DNA of 64,000 nucleotides from an uncultured archaeon (GCA_964631415.1 CAZVZC010000001.1:80260-144259); one strand, 5' to 3'. Counted from the first letter of the stretch, positions 46,416 to 56,178 are shown. Program-made: numbers and translations. The notes: a model not told the origin generated them from the sequence alone.

Positions 46416-48737
46416 CTAATCGGTCGTCTTCTCTTCTCGGTATGCTGGATACTCTAGCTCCAGCAGATGCCTTATTCTGCCGGCCGTCTTTGGTCCCACT
46501 CCCTTGACTCTCATCAGCTCGGTTTCATCTGCTGAGAACACCCTCTCCAAGGTGCCGAATTCTGCCAGAATTGCCCTTGATATCACAGTGTCAATGCCTG
46601 GAAACCCCGAGAGAATGTACTCAAGGGTTTCAGCATCAGTCCCCTTGGTTTCTGGCGATCGAGTACGCAAAATCCTCTTGGACTCCACCTGTTCAAGGTA
46701 TGCAATTCGGTAAAGCAGGTTTGCTGTTTCCTCTGCATTTCTGGTCCAGAGGGTTGGAATCCTAAGCCGTGTCGCTATGGATGCAAGAGCACCATATATC
46801 GACGCAGGATTCACTGCCCTTAGACCTGTCAGCTGCTCCCCCTCAATAATCAGCACAGGCCTGCGGTAGGTCGAACGCAACGCACTCAACTGTACGAACA
46901 GTCTGCCATCGATTAACGATTGGATGAAGTCGCCAGACTCTTTTCGTTCGATTGCAACCTCCTCAGAGGCAATGTAGTCGCCGACCTCAAGGCTCTCGCC
47001 TGATATCGCGACATCGAGTCTTGCCAGTTCGCGGGCGACGGCAGTGGGGAGTTCCCTTGAGTCAACAATCAGTCGTATGCCACCCCTTGGTACAGCGGTT
47101 TCTCTTCCTGCATCCCCTGCTGTTTTCAATGTGTGTCCTAGTTCTCCACCGAAGTCCTCTAGGCGCATCTGTTTCTTCTCTGGCTCCTTTTCTGCTTCTT
47201 TGAGGGCTGATGGCATCTTCTTCAATTTGCTGATCACACTCCAATGGTAGTACTCGTCATGTGTGGCTCTGGCCACAAATATGACGACGCGGCCAGGTGA
47301 TCTTCTGCCTGTTCGGCCGCGGCGCTGAATGTATGGGACCACAGATGGAACACAATCGTAGAAAATCACAAGGTTGCACTCAGGGATATCAAGCCCTTCT
47401 TCCCCGACCTGTGTAGCAACCAGTACGTTGAACTCATTGTTACGGAAACCATCCAAGACTTCGATCTGCTTTTTCTGACTGAAACCCCTGTCAGTCCCTT
47501 TCGACGCCTGCCCAACAAAGCGACTGACTCTGACGCCATCGAGTTGCTCAAGTACTTCAACGACTTCAGCAGCCGTATCGCGAAAACGCGTGAACACCAA
47601 TACACGCGAGTCGAGGTTCGTCGAAAGCTGTTCGCTTATGATCTCGAGCAATGCGTCAGCCTTTGGATGTCGGTAGCCCTTCGCAATAAGTGCTTGCAGC
47701 AGGTTCTCGAACTGAATGAACTCCGATCTAGAGATCAGGTCCTTGACACCTTTGGAACTCTTCTTGTTACGAGCCTCTTCGTACATACCTTGAATGTATC
47801 TCAGAGTGGGTGCCAGACCCTGTGTACCGACAAACTCAATCAGGTGAACCACTCTTAGGGCCGCTGTCAGATCGCGCACCAGCAGGTATAGATGGGGCGG
47901 CGGCTTGGTGAACGACCCTATCTCCTTCCTGACCTCACTCTGGACGCGAAGTATCTCCTTCCGGCTCAGTCGTCTACTATCTGGCAGAGAGTACCCATAG
48001 TTGAGCACACGGGAGGTGTAGTCATTCAATAACGCCTGCAGTATGTCTCTAAGTGCTTGGATTTCTGAAGGCAGACTGACATAGCGAATGTCTGTCGATA
48101 TAGCAACCACGTAGTCACGCACGTCAGGACTGCTCTCAGTCCTTACTTCGACTCGTTTGAGTCTCAGGTTTTCACACACTCTTCTAATGTGCTCAGAGTC
48201 GTGGCCTGGAGAAGCAGTGAGACCCATAGACAGCTGTCTCAATCCCTGCTTCTCATACAGCTCTGCAACGAAGGTGTATGCGTAGTTACCCACGCCACGA
48301 TGTGCCTCATCATATACCACCAATGAAACATCATTGAGACCATAGCTCCGCTGAACCAAGTCGTTCTGGAGTGCCTGTGGTGTCATGACGATTACGCGGG
48401 CCGCTGACCAGACAAGCCGTCTATGTTCTGGGGGATCGTTACCTGTCAGGCAAATCACCTGACTCTCGTCAATATCGAGTGCCTGTTTCAGAAAGCGTGC
48501 CTGTTGATCTGCAAGAGGACGTGATGGCGCAAGGAAGAGTATCTTCGAGTCGGGGTAATCAACCAACCGTCTGGCGGCTGTGAGGGCGGCAATCACAGTC
48601 TTTCCCAGACCTGTACTCAGCACAATCATAGTGCTCTCTTTGGCAGCGGCCTCTGAGAGATTCGCCTGATATTGCCTGTATTCTATTGTGTCCTTCCTGA
48701 TAAGCGGCATCTCAACGAAGGAAGGTGCTGCTGCCAT
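46416..48737 (-). CDS. hef: Hef: SF2 helicase fused to an ERCC4/XPF nuclease and (HhH)2
   Basis: 'LSTGLGKT', 'VYDEAH', 'RRGRTGR', nuclease 'VGDYI...VAIERKESGDF...D' and HhH 'VKGVGPKTAGRI'. Start is placed at ATG 48737. Confidence 0.9.
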   Translation of the reverse strand: MAAAPSFVEMPLIRKDTIEYRQYQANLSEAAAKESTMIVLSTGLGKTVIAALTAARRLVDYPDSKILFLAPSRPLADQQARFLKQALDIDESQVICLTGNDPPEHRRLVWSAARVIVMTPQALQNDLVQRSYGLNDVSLVVYDEAHRGVGNYAYTFVAELYEKQGLRQLSMGLTASPGHDSEHIRRVCENLRLKRVEVRTESSPDVRDYVVAISTDIRYVSLPSEIQALRDILQALLNDYTSRVLNYGYSLPDSRRLSRKEILRVQSEVRKEIGSFTKPPPHLYLLVRDLTAALRVVHLIEFVGTQGLAPTLRYIQGMYEEARNKKSSKGVKDLISRSEFIQFENLLQALIAKGYRHPKADALLEIISEQLSTNLDSRVLVFTRFRDTAAEVVEVLEQLDGVRVSRFVGQASKGTDRGFSQKKQIEVLDGFRNNEFNVLVATQVGEEGLDIPECNLVIFYDCVPSVVPYIQRRGRTGRRSPGRVVIFVARATHDEYYHWSVISKLKKMPSALKEAEKEPEKKQMRLEDFGGELGHTLKTAGDAGRETAVPRGGIRLIVDSRELPTAVARELARLDVAISGESLEVGDYIASEEVAIERKESGDFIQSLIDGRLFVQLSALRSTYRRPVLIIEGEQLTGLRAVNPASIYGALASIATRLRIPTLWTRNAEETANLLYRIAYLEQVESKRILRTRSPETKGTDAETLEYILSGFPGIDTVISRAILAEFGTLERVFSADETELMRVKGVGPKTAGRIRHLLELEYPAYREEKTTD

Positions 48738-48836
48738 TCCTCTTCTCGTCCGTTTTGACGTCTTGTCAACACACTTTGATAATACACACTGTAAAAAGCC
48801 TCCTACTTGGAATGAAGCGTAAGGAGTCAGAACCGG

Positions 48837-49172
48837 ATGACTGCGAAAGAGCCGTTGACGAGTGTCGAGGCAGAACTGTATGAACTCAGCATGCCTGGCC
48901 GCCTTCTGGGGAAAGAGGTGCTCGACAACCGAGCGAGGCGAATTGGCATAGTGCGTAGCATAAGAATCGGGCTCAACCCCACCCGTTCCGAGCTGATAAT
49001 CAAAGGTGCAGAGGTGGAGTTTCCGGTTGATTTCTCCAAGGTTGAAACTGTTGGCACTGTGGTGCAACTGAACTCCATGGTCAAGGATGCCGAAGAGATC
49101 GAAGTTCATGATGTGATCAGGCTTCAGAAGGAAGTACTAGACGACATACGCAGTTACTTGGGTGGACACTAG
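48837..49172 (+). CDS. PRC-barrel domain protein
   Basis: 'LLGKEVLDNRARRIGIVRSIRI...ELIIKG'. AAGGAG lies 12 nt upstream of the ATG. Confidence 0.6.
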   Translation: MTAKEPLTSVEAELYELSMPGRLLGKEVLDNRARRIGIVRSIRIGLNPTRSELIIKGAEVEFPVDFSKVETVGTVVQLNSMVKDAEEIEVHDVIRLQKEVLDDIRSYLGGH

Positions 49173-49225
49173 ACACTGTCGATAGGTCCCTTCGAAGACG
49201 TTAAGAGCATCAGTCGACGGACCCT

Positions 49226-50065
49226 ATGTCCGGAGCTGTTTTCATGGACCTCACAGTTGAGAAACTGGCCAAGATGATTGACCATACAGAGCTCAAGCCG
49301 GAGGCGAAACGAGAGAAGATCAAGCAACTCTGTGAGGAGGCGCTTGCTTATCATTTCGCAACAGTATGTATCAATCCAGTTCACGTTCAGTATGCCGCTG
49401 AGCTGCTCAAGGACTCAGATGTGAAAGTATGCTGCGTGATTGGATTTCCGTTCGGTGCCAGCATGTCGACCGTCAAGGCATTCGAAGCCCGAGAGGTTGT
49501 AAAACTGGGAGCTCAGGAGGTGGACATGGTAATGAACATCGGCGCTCTTCGTGACAAGAACAACGATCTTGTAAGGTCTGATATTGAAACTGTGGTCGGA
49601 GCGTCTGGGAGCGCCCACGTCAAGGTCATCTTGGAAACGGGCTTTCTCACTGATGATGAGAAGAAACAGGCCTGTATACTCGCCAAGGCGGCGGGAGCTC
49701 ACTTTGTCAAGACCTCCACAGGTTTCGGCCCTATGGGCGCGACTCCTTATGATGTGAAACTCATGCGTGAAACAGTGGGATCTTCTATGGGTGTCAAGGC
49801 GGCAGGCGGCATCCGAAGCTTCAAGGATGCTCTTCAGATGATTGAGGCCGGAGCTGATCGTCTGGGTTCAAGTTCGGGTGTTGCATTGATTGAGGACTTG
49901 CGATGGGCTCAATACAGTGATGCATGGACGCAGCCTGACAAACCCTGCTGGACCTGTCCCAGCCGGCAGGCCAATCTGGCGAAGCAGCCAAAGGAAGTAT
50001 ATCTCTACTACAAACAGCGCTGCCTGACATGCCCAGACCGGGACCAGAACATCTTCAATGACTAG
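49226..50065 (+). CDS. deoC: Deoxyribose-phosphate aldolase (DERA) with a C-terminal Cys4 extension
   Basis: 'IDHTELKPEA', 'TVCINP' and Schiff-base Lys context 'FVKTSTGF'. There is an extra tail of about 50 aa, '...CWTCPSRQ...CLTCPDRD...'. Confidence 0.85.
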   Translation: MSGAVFMDLTVEKLAKMIDHTELKPEAKREKIKQLCEEALAYHFATVCINPVHVQYAAELLKDSDVKVCCVIGFPFGASMSTVKAFEAREVVKLGAQEVDMVMNIGALRDKNNDLVRSDIETVVGASGSAHVKVILETGFLTDDEKKQACILAKAAGAHFVKTSTGFGPMGATPYDVKLMRETVGSSMGVKAAGGIRSFKDALQMIEAGADRLGSSSGVALIEDLRWAQYSDAWTQPDKPCWTCPSRQANLAKQPKEVYLYYKQRCLTCPDRDQNIFND

Positions 50066-50076
50066 AGGGAAACATC

Positions 50077-51873
50077 TTGTCGAAGTCATCGTCTGATCAG
50101 TACTCTGATGCTGGGATTCTGCATGTATCTCTGAGCGACAGAAGCATCCGGAGAGAACCCTTGCCCCCCAGTCTGTTCACTAACTTTCTTGGTGGTCGCG
50201 GCCTTGGTGTGAAGCTCCTGTATGACCGTCTTGCAGCTCGTGTCGATCCGCTGTCCCCGGACAACCTCTTGGTCTTCGCAGTGGGTCCTGTGACTGCAAC
50301 AGCTGTGCCCACTTCAGGGCGTTTTGCAGTCGTCACAAAGTCACCCCTGACGGGCACCATATTCGATTCTAATGCTGGAGGCTCGTTTGGGGCACACCTG
50401 AGGCGCGCAGGATATGCCGCGATCATGTTTGAGGGTCGCTCAACGTCTCCTGTATATCTCTGGCTCAATAACGATCATGCTGAGATACGCGATGCTTCAA
50501 ATGTGTGGGGAACTGATACCCGCATCGCGACCCGGCAGCTGCTTGAGGAAACTGACTCCCAAGCGCAGGTAGCCTGTATTGGTCCTGCGGGAGAAAACCG
50601 TGTGAAACTGGCTGCTATCATCACTGATGAACATCGCGCTGCGGGGAGGGGCGGAGTCGGTGCAGTCATGGGATCAAAGAACCTGAAGGCTGTAGTAGTG
50701 CACGGTACGGGCAATGCTGCAGTCAGCAACGAGCAGGCGTTGAACAAAGCAGTTGAACGCGCGCGTCGACTCATAAAGAAGAATGCAGTCACAGACAAGT
50801 CACTCCCTGTCTACGGCACAGCCGTGTTGGTGAGTGTCATCAACGAACACGGAATGCTGCCCACGCACAATTTTCAGGAGGGCACCTTCAATGATGCTGA
50901 AGGTGTGTCAGGAGAGAAACTGCTTGAGCGCCTGTTTGTCCGTCAGTATCATTGTCATGGTTGTCCAATTGGCTGTGGGCGCATCAGTCGTGTCCATAAC
51001 GAAGAAGTGGGCGGACCCGAATATGAAACCATATGGGCTCTCGGTCCTCAGTGTGGCATAAACGACTTGGAATGGATTGCCGCCGCAAATCATCGGTGTA
51101 ATCTGATGGGTATTGATACCATATCCATGGGGAGCACTATTGGCTGTGCAATGGAGCTGGTCCAGAAAGGTAAACTGAATGCGCCATTGAGATTCGGTCG
51201 GACCGATGGGATCCTCGAGCTTATAGATGATGTAGCACTGAATAGGGGCTTGGGAGCGGAACTAGGAGAGGGTTCTCGAGCAACTGCATCGCGTCATGGC
51301 GCACCAGAGCTGGCGATGCAGGTCAAGGGTCTTGAGATACCAGCCTATGATCCACGCGGTGTACAGGGCCATGCGCTTGGGTATGCGACCTCCAACCGTG
51401 GCGGCTGCCATTTGAGATCCTATCTCATCGGGCCAGAGATAATGGGTGTCCCCGTCATCGTGGACCGGGATCGGACAGATGGTAAGCCCGGTCTAGTGAT
51501 TCTCTACCAGAACCTGTCGGCCTCGATGGACTCTATGGTTCTTTGCCGATTCACCAATTTCGCTTGGGCAGTGGACGACTATGCTGACCTACTAGCTGGT
51601 TGTACCGGGCACCAGATTGACGGCCCTGGTCTACTCACACTTGGAGAACGTATCTGGAACTTGGAGCGCTTGTTCAACCTGCGTGAAGGCCTGTCATCTC
51701 GAGATGACAAGCTCCCACCACGCTTTTCGACACCACTACCTGAGGGCGGCTCACGCAATCGCGTTGTCAATCTCGAAGAGATGCTTCCGAAGTACTACGC
51801 TCTTCGGGGTTGGGACAAAGAAGGTCGACCCACGAAAGAGCGGCTCAAGCGCTTGGGTCTTGCTAAAGTCTAG
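50077..51873 (+). CDS. aor: Tungsten-type aldehyde:ferredoxin oxidoreductase
   Basis: 'GILHVSLSDRSI...GGRGLGVKLLYD', 'GPEYETIWALG', 'CHGCPIGC' and 'DSMVLCRF'. TTG start preceded by GAGGGA, 11 nt after deoC. Confidence 0.9.
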   Translation: MSKSSSDQYSDAGILHVSLSDRSIRREPLPPSLFTNFLGGRGLGVKLLYDRLAARVDPLSPDNLLVFAVGPVTATAVPTSGRFAVVTKSPLTGTIFDSNAGGSFGAHLRRAGYAAIMFEGRSTSPVYLWLNNDHAEIRDASNVWGTDTRIATRQLLEETDSQAQVACIGPAGENRVKLAAIITDEHRAAGRGGVGAVMGSKNLKAVVVHGTGNAAVSNEQALNKAVERARRLIKKNAVTDKSLPVYGTAVLVSVINEHGMLPTHNFQEGTFNDAEGVSGEKLLERLFVRQYHCHGCPIGCGRISRVHNEEVGGPEYETIWALGPQCGINDLEWIAAANHRCNLMGIDTISMGSTIGCAMELVQKGKLNAPLRFGRTDGILELIDDVALNRGLGAELGEGSRATASRHGAPELAMQVKGLEIPAYDPRGVQGHALGYATSNRGGCHLRSYLIGPEIMGVPVIVDRDRTDGKPGLVILYQNLSASMDSMVLCRFTNFAWAVDDYADLLAGCTGHQIDGPGLLTLGERIWNLERLFNLREGLSSRDDKLPPRFSTPLPEGGSRNRVVNLEEMLPKYYALRGWDKEGRPTKERLKRLGLAKV

Positions 51874-51927
51874 GCTGGAAAGGACTGCTCTCGCAAAACG
51901 GACAACAATGGAACTTCAGAACGAGGA

Positions 51928-53889
51928 TTGATTCAGCTGACAACAAGACCGGGTCGAGGAAGGAAGTTTCGGAGAGGGCACGCACCGTTCCTGACGAGAA
52001 TTAGGTTCTACTGGTGTGACAGGTGCAATGTGCCTCGAATCGCGAACAGCAAGTGTTCGGTATGCACAACCCTGCCAAGACCCGTTGGGTTGTCTCCTCC
52101 TGGCGATCCGTTCCCGGCAATGGACGGCCATCTCGATCAAGCCATAAGGGCTGTCAATCGGCAATTCGGAGAAGGTGTAGGTCAGGTACTACTACCTCGC
52201 AATAAGACGATAGTCATGAACAAGGTATCGTCTCTAGATGCCATGTATGAGGTGGTTGTGGATGGATGTGTGATAGGACGACTAAGATTTGACATTCCCA
52301 AGCTTGACTACACTTTTGTCCTGTCTCTGGAGGGCGGTAGGAGGATTGCCAGCGTCTGCAAGCAGAAGTGGGTTTCTTGTCATGAGGGGATTCTAGAGTA
52401 TCTCAAGAAGGGGTCGAACTTGCTGGTCCCGGGAATTGCAGACTGCGACATCGGCATTGATGTCGGTGATGATGTTTGGGTGATAGACTCCGAGAAGCAT
52501 GTGATTGCAGTTGGAGTGGCCCGCATGACAGGACCGGAAATGACCAAGTCAGAGAAAGGGTATGCAATCAAGATACGCGAGGTTGACGATCCACTGGAGG
52601 CGTCTGTGAACGACCAAGAGTCTTCTTGGAACAAAGCCGTGGAGGCGAACTCCAAGGACCTGCAGGCAATCGAAGCAGAGGCCATCGGATTCATCAGACA
52701 TACCATTGAAACCCACAGCGCTCAAGTGGTCGTGGGCTTCAGTGGCGGAAAGGACTCCCTTGTCACATATCTCCTGACTGAGAAGGCTCTGAACAGGAGT
52801 CCTCCCATCTTCTTCACAGACACGGGCTTGGAGCTCCCTGAAACAATCTCGTATGTGAGGGAGTTTGCACAGAGCCGTAATGTCGGGATAATCGGAAGAA
52901 GCGCTGGTGATCGGTTCTGGGAGTCAGTTGATGTCTTCGGCCCACCTGCTCGTGACTTCCGCTGGTGCTGCAAAGTATTGAAACTTGGCCCGGCTGCGAA
53001 GTCCATATCTGATGACTTGGGTGGAGATGCGCTGGTCCTCATGGGACAGAGGAGGCTGGAATCGTTTCAGCGTTCTCTTGAACCCAGGGTGACCTCCAAC
53101 CCGTGGGTCCCGGGGCAAGTTTCTGCGAGTCCGATTCAAAACTGGAATGCTCTTGAGGTGTGGCTCTACATATTCAGAGAGAGAGTTCAGTTCAACCCGA
53201 TGTACAACAGGGGGTATCACCGGATGGGCTGCTACCTCTGTCCCGCCACTCCACTCGCCGAGCTGGAAAGCCTGAAGGACACGCACCCAGTCCTCTATGA
53301 GCGATGGTATTCAAAACTGCTTGAGTGGACAGGAAGGTATGCCTATCCTGAGGAGTGGGCCAAGCTTGGATTCTGGCGGTGGAAAAAGCTGCCAAGTGGT
53401 CAGATGAGTCTGATTGAGGAGTTGGGTCTGAAGATCAAGACTGATCGAGAAGCGCCATCCGAAGCACTTGAGCTGAATGTTGTGAAGGGTGTATCGCCAT
53501 GCACATCTTCCGGATTCAGCATGGAAGGTCAGTTCTCCATGGGTTTGGACCTGAACAGGATTGCCAGGATCATGACAGTCTTTGGCAAGACACAAATGTC
53601 TGATGAACTGGGCGCATTGAGAACGCAAGCCGGTGGTATCAGTATTACCCTGTTCAGCTCAGGATCATTGGTGGTACGAGGAGAGAGCGAAGCCGCTGTC
53701 GACCGAGTCGTGAACCAGCTGCAGCGAGCAATCAGGCGGGTCGTCTTCTGTCAAGCATGTGGTTCTTGTGTCCCTCAATGTGAACAGGGGGCACTGGACT
53801 TGGAAGACGGCAGGATATCGGTTGATGAGAACAGATGCACTCACTGTCTTAAGTGTGATAACTGGCCCTGTCCCACATATCTTGAATGA
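51928..53889 (+). CDS. Zn-ribbon, PUA, PP-loop (PAPS-reductase-like) and 4Fe-4S ferredoxin fusion protein
   Basis: 'CDRCNVP...CSVC'. PUA-like 'LLVPGIADCDIGIDVGDDVWVIDSEKHVIAVGVARM...KGYAIKIREV'. PP-loop 'VVGFSGGKDSLV'. C-terminal 'CQACGSCVPQC...CTHCLKCDNWPC'. TTG start. Confidence 0.7.
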   Translation: MIQLTTRPGRGRKFRRGHAPFLTRIRFYWCDRCNVPRIANSKCSVCTTLPRPVGLSPPGDPFPAMDGHLDQAIRAVNRQFGEGVGQVLLPRNKTIVMNKVSSLDAMYEVVVDGCVIGRLRFDIPKLDYTFVLSLEGGRRIASVCKQKWVSCHEGILEYLKKGSNLLVPGIADCDIGIDVGDDVWVIDSEKHVIAVGVARMTGPEMTKSEKGYAIKIREVDDPLEASVNDQESSWNKAVEANSKDLQAIEAEAIGFIRHTIETHSAQVVVGFSGGKDSLVTYLLTEKALNRSPPIFFTDTGLELPETISYVREFAQSRNVGIIGRSAGDRFWESVDVFGPPARDFRWCCKVLKLGPAAKSISDDLGGDALVLMGQRRLESFQRSLEPRVTSNPWVPGQVSASPIQNWNALEVWLYIFRERVQFNPMYNRGYHRMGCYLCPATPLAELESLKDTHPVLYERWYSKLLEWTGRYAYPEEWAKLGFWRWKKLPSGQMSLIEELGLKIKTDREAPSEALELNVVKGVSPCTSSGFSMEGQFSMGLDLNRIARIMTVFGKTQMSDELGALRTQAGGISITLFSSGSLVVRGESEAAVDRVVNQLQRAIRRVVFCQACGSCVPQCEQGALDLEDGRISVDENRCTHCLKCDNWPCPTYLE

Positions 53890-54091
53890 TCGTGTGTCAT
53901 GCCTTCTCGATGAAGGAGAGGTTTGACTTCCCCCTCCTGCTACTACGCTTCGACCGCTTCTGTAACAACAGGATTTGACAAAAGGTTAATTACAGCGTCG
54001 GTTGTGGAAACGGACTCAGTGCTTTCTAGACAGCGGCGAAACATGGCGGTCTTTAGGAATGCTCACTGCTATCTCATACAAGATATACGAG

Positions 54092-55405
54092 ATGCGCAAG
54101 TATCTAGTCCTTAGTCTGCTTATCTCTATAATCGCCATACCTATCGCCGACTCCTTTGTCATTGAACGAGACCGCAATCGAAATGAGATGTATGGGGAGG
54201 CATTCTGGATCTACGGTTTCGGCATCTACAACATGACAGACTCTCAACTGGCCAATGCACTTCCTCCGGAGTGGGGGTTTAATGATGGTCTGCACACTCT
54301 ACCTGACTACTTGGGCAATATCACGTACGAATACCCTGTCTTCGGTCTCATATTCTTCGCAATCGCTGTATGGCTATACCCGGGCGTAGGTGGACTGCAA
54401 CACTGGTGGTTGAACTTCCTTCTTATTCTGGTGTTCAACCTCAATCTGATTCTAGTAGCCATCCTGTTGCGGGACAAGATCTACAAGGTGCCTTGGGCAC
54501 GTTTCCTGTTCGGTGGCTACTTTGTATATGGCCTCATAATGTCTGCTGGTGGGGGCAAGAACGAGCCTATCGCTGACTGCCTCATGCTGATGGCGCTCGT
54601 TCTCAGGAAGGAAGGTCAGATGAGAAAAGCCATGTTCACTCTCGGCTTGGCTGTGCAGGCCAAAATATACCCTGCAGTGATCTTTCCGATACTGTTTTTG
54701 GAGGCCCCTATTTCGGCTGTCTGGTTCTTAGTTTCCACACTCTTGACAGTGATACCATTTGCTTTTCTTGGGGCCAATTTCGGTTCACTGATCTCGCACT
54801 TCCTCAACGCTGCGAGCTATTCGCTCTACATAGTCAACCCAATGTACTACGAGCTCTTTTTCGCGACTCCAAACCTAGGTACCAACCCGCTCACGTACTA
54901 CATGTGGCCTCCTGCATTGGTTCCTCTTATTATCTACGTTACATTCATGGCCTATACAATACCACTGTACCTTCCATCGAGGCAGCAGTTCCAAGGTAGA
55001 ACAATAGTCCAGAAGCTGCTGGTCCTCAAGCCCTTGTATGTTTATCTTCTCCCTGCCATACTCTTCCTGTACCGCTGGGTCATGCCGTGGTACCTGTTTT
55101 GGCTCGGAATCACGATTTTCCTATTCGACGATGACAAACAGGCCATAGGGTATCTAAAGCAGCTTACCTTAGTCGGTGTGGTCTACACATATGGTTTGTT
55201 GTGCAATGCGCCCTATTTCCTGAACGGCCCACTTCCTGATTTCATGGGGAATTTCACGTCTGGCTGGTACACTCTACTAGGGCTGTCTCTCATGGTCGGA
55301 CTTACCGCTTTGTCGTACTTCGCGTGGAAGTGGACCTTTGAGCGTAGGGAACAAAAAGCGCGTTTCATCCGGGAGGCTGAGGCGCGCGGTGAGCTTGTGA
55401 TCTGA
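54092..55405 (+). CDS. Polytopic membrane protein, GT-C-type glycosyltransferase-like
   Basis: At least 10 hydrophobic segments with aromatic-rich loops. The family call is architectural only. ATG at 54092. Confidence 0.45.
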   Translation: MRKYLVLSLLISIIAIPIADSFVIERDRNRNEMYGEAFWIYGFGIYNMTDSQLANALPPEWGFNDGLHTLPDYLGNITYEYPVFGLIFFAIAVWLYPGVGGLQHWWLNFLLILVFNLNLILVAILLRDKIYKVPWARFLFGGYFVYGLIMSAGGGKNEPIADCLMLMALVLRKEGQMRKAMFTLGLAVQAKIYPAVIFPILFLEAPISAVWFLVSTLLTVIPFAFLGANFGSLISHFLNAASYSLYIVNPMYYELFFATPNLGTNPLTYYMWPPALVPLIIYVTFMAYTIPLYLPSRQQFQGRTIVQKLLVLKPLYVYLLPAILFLYRWVMPWYLFWLGITIFLFDDDKQAIGYLKQLTLVGVVYTYGLLCNAPYFLNGPLPDFMGNFTSGWYTLLGLSLMVGLTALSYFAWKWTFERREQKARFIREAEARGELVI

Positions 55406-55868
55406 CCTGACGTTCGCTGCCGTTGTTCCCATAGAAATCAATAATCCGCTTCCTTATCATTGTCGAGGAGTACAACCCCCCAACGTTCCCTTTTGCGAGC
55501 CTTACTATCTTCGTGCTCAAGCCATGTTCCCTGAGGCGTTTCTCAAGCCCCTCAATGTCGGTTTCTTGATCATAGCCCAGCGCTACTACATCAGGTCTAT
55601 TGTCAATCACAATCGATGTATGATCATCAGTGTCATAGCCCAAGATTGCTTTGTCGACGACTTTCAAGGACTCAATCAACCGCCGTCTCTGTTCCTCGGG
55701 GAAGACAGGAGGCGCTCCTCTCTCCCTCTCAATCGTCTTGTCAAGTGCGATTACGGCAATCAGTTCGCCATCTGGTCCGGCCAATGCCCTTGCCTGCTCC
55801 AGATATGCAATATGACCAAGGTGGAGAATGTCAAACTTGCCAGCCACTAGCACTCTCTTGCCGGTCAT
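55365..55868 (-). CDS. ribL: Archaeal FAD synthetase RibL (cytidylyltransferase fold)
   Basis: 'RVLVAGKFDILHLGHIAYLEQA' (HxGH) and 'YSSTMIRKRI' (ISSTxIR-like). Its 3' end overlaps the membrane gene by 41 nt. Confidence 0.8.
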   Translation of the reverse strand: MTGKRVLVAGKFDILHLGHIAYLEQARALAGPDGELIAVIALDKTIERERGAPPVFPEEQRRRLIESLKVVDKAILGYDTDDHTSIVIDNRPDVVALGYDQETDIEGLEKRLREHGLSTKIVRLAKGNVGGLYSSTMIRKRIIDFYGNNGSERQVRSQAHRAPQPPG

Positions 55869-55896
55869 CTGCCGCTTGCCTCCGCGTAGAACACAA

Positions 55897-56175
55897 CTAG
55901 TCCTCGTCCACTGCTAGGAATTCGCTACCCTCAGCGATCATCTCGATACGTCGCCTAGTCTTCGTTATCTGACTGACATGAATGATGCCATTGATCTCAA
56001 GCTGCATCAGGGCCGAGTTCAGTTCAGCCTCGCTCGGTTCACCACCAAGTTCCTTCTTCAGAGCGCGCAGCAGTTCGTCATCCAATGCCACACCGTGGCG
56101 CTTCTTCAGAATGTTGACTACAAGGTTCCTGAGCGGTACAGCACTCCAAGTTGACATCTCTTCAGCACTCTCCAC
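55897..56175 (-). CDS. Small protein (92 aa), winged-helix-like, acidic C-terminus; unknown
   Basis: It begins 3 nt after the cdc48 stop. 'LRNLVVNILKKRHGVALDDELLRALKKEL...LMQLEINGIIHVSQ'. Confidence 0.5.
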   Translation of the reverse strand: MESAEEMSTWSAVPLRNLVVNILKKRHGVALDDELLRALKKELGGEPSEAELNSALMQLEINGIIHVSQITKTRRRIEMIAEGSEFLAVDED

Positions 56176-56178
56176 TCT

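Noticed and set aside
48738-49109. 124-codon N-terminal extension of the Hef ORF
   Set aside because: It overlaps the divergently transcribed PRC-barrel gene and its promoter. Helicase motif I follows soon after the Met at 48737.
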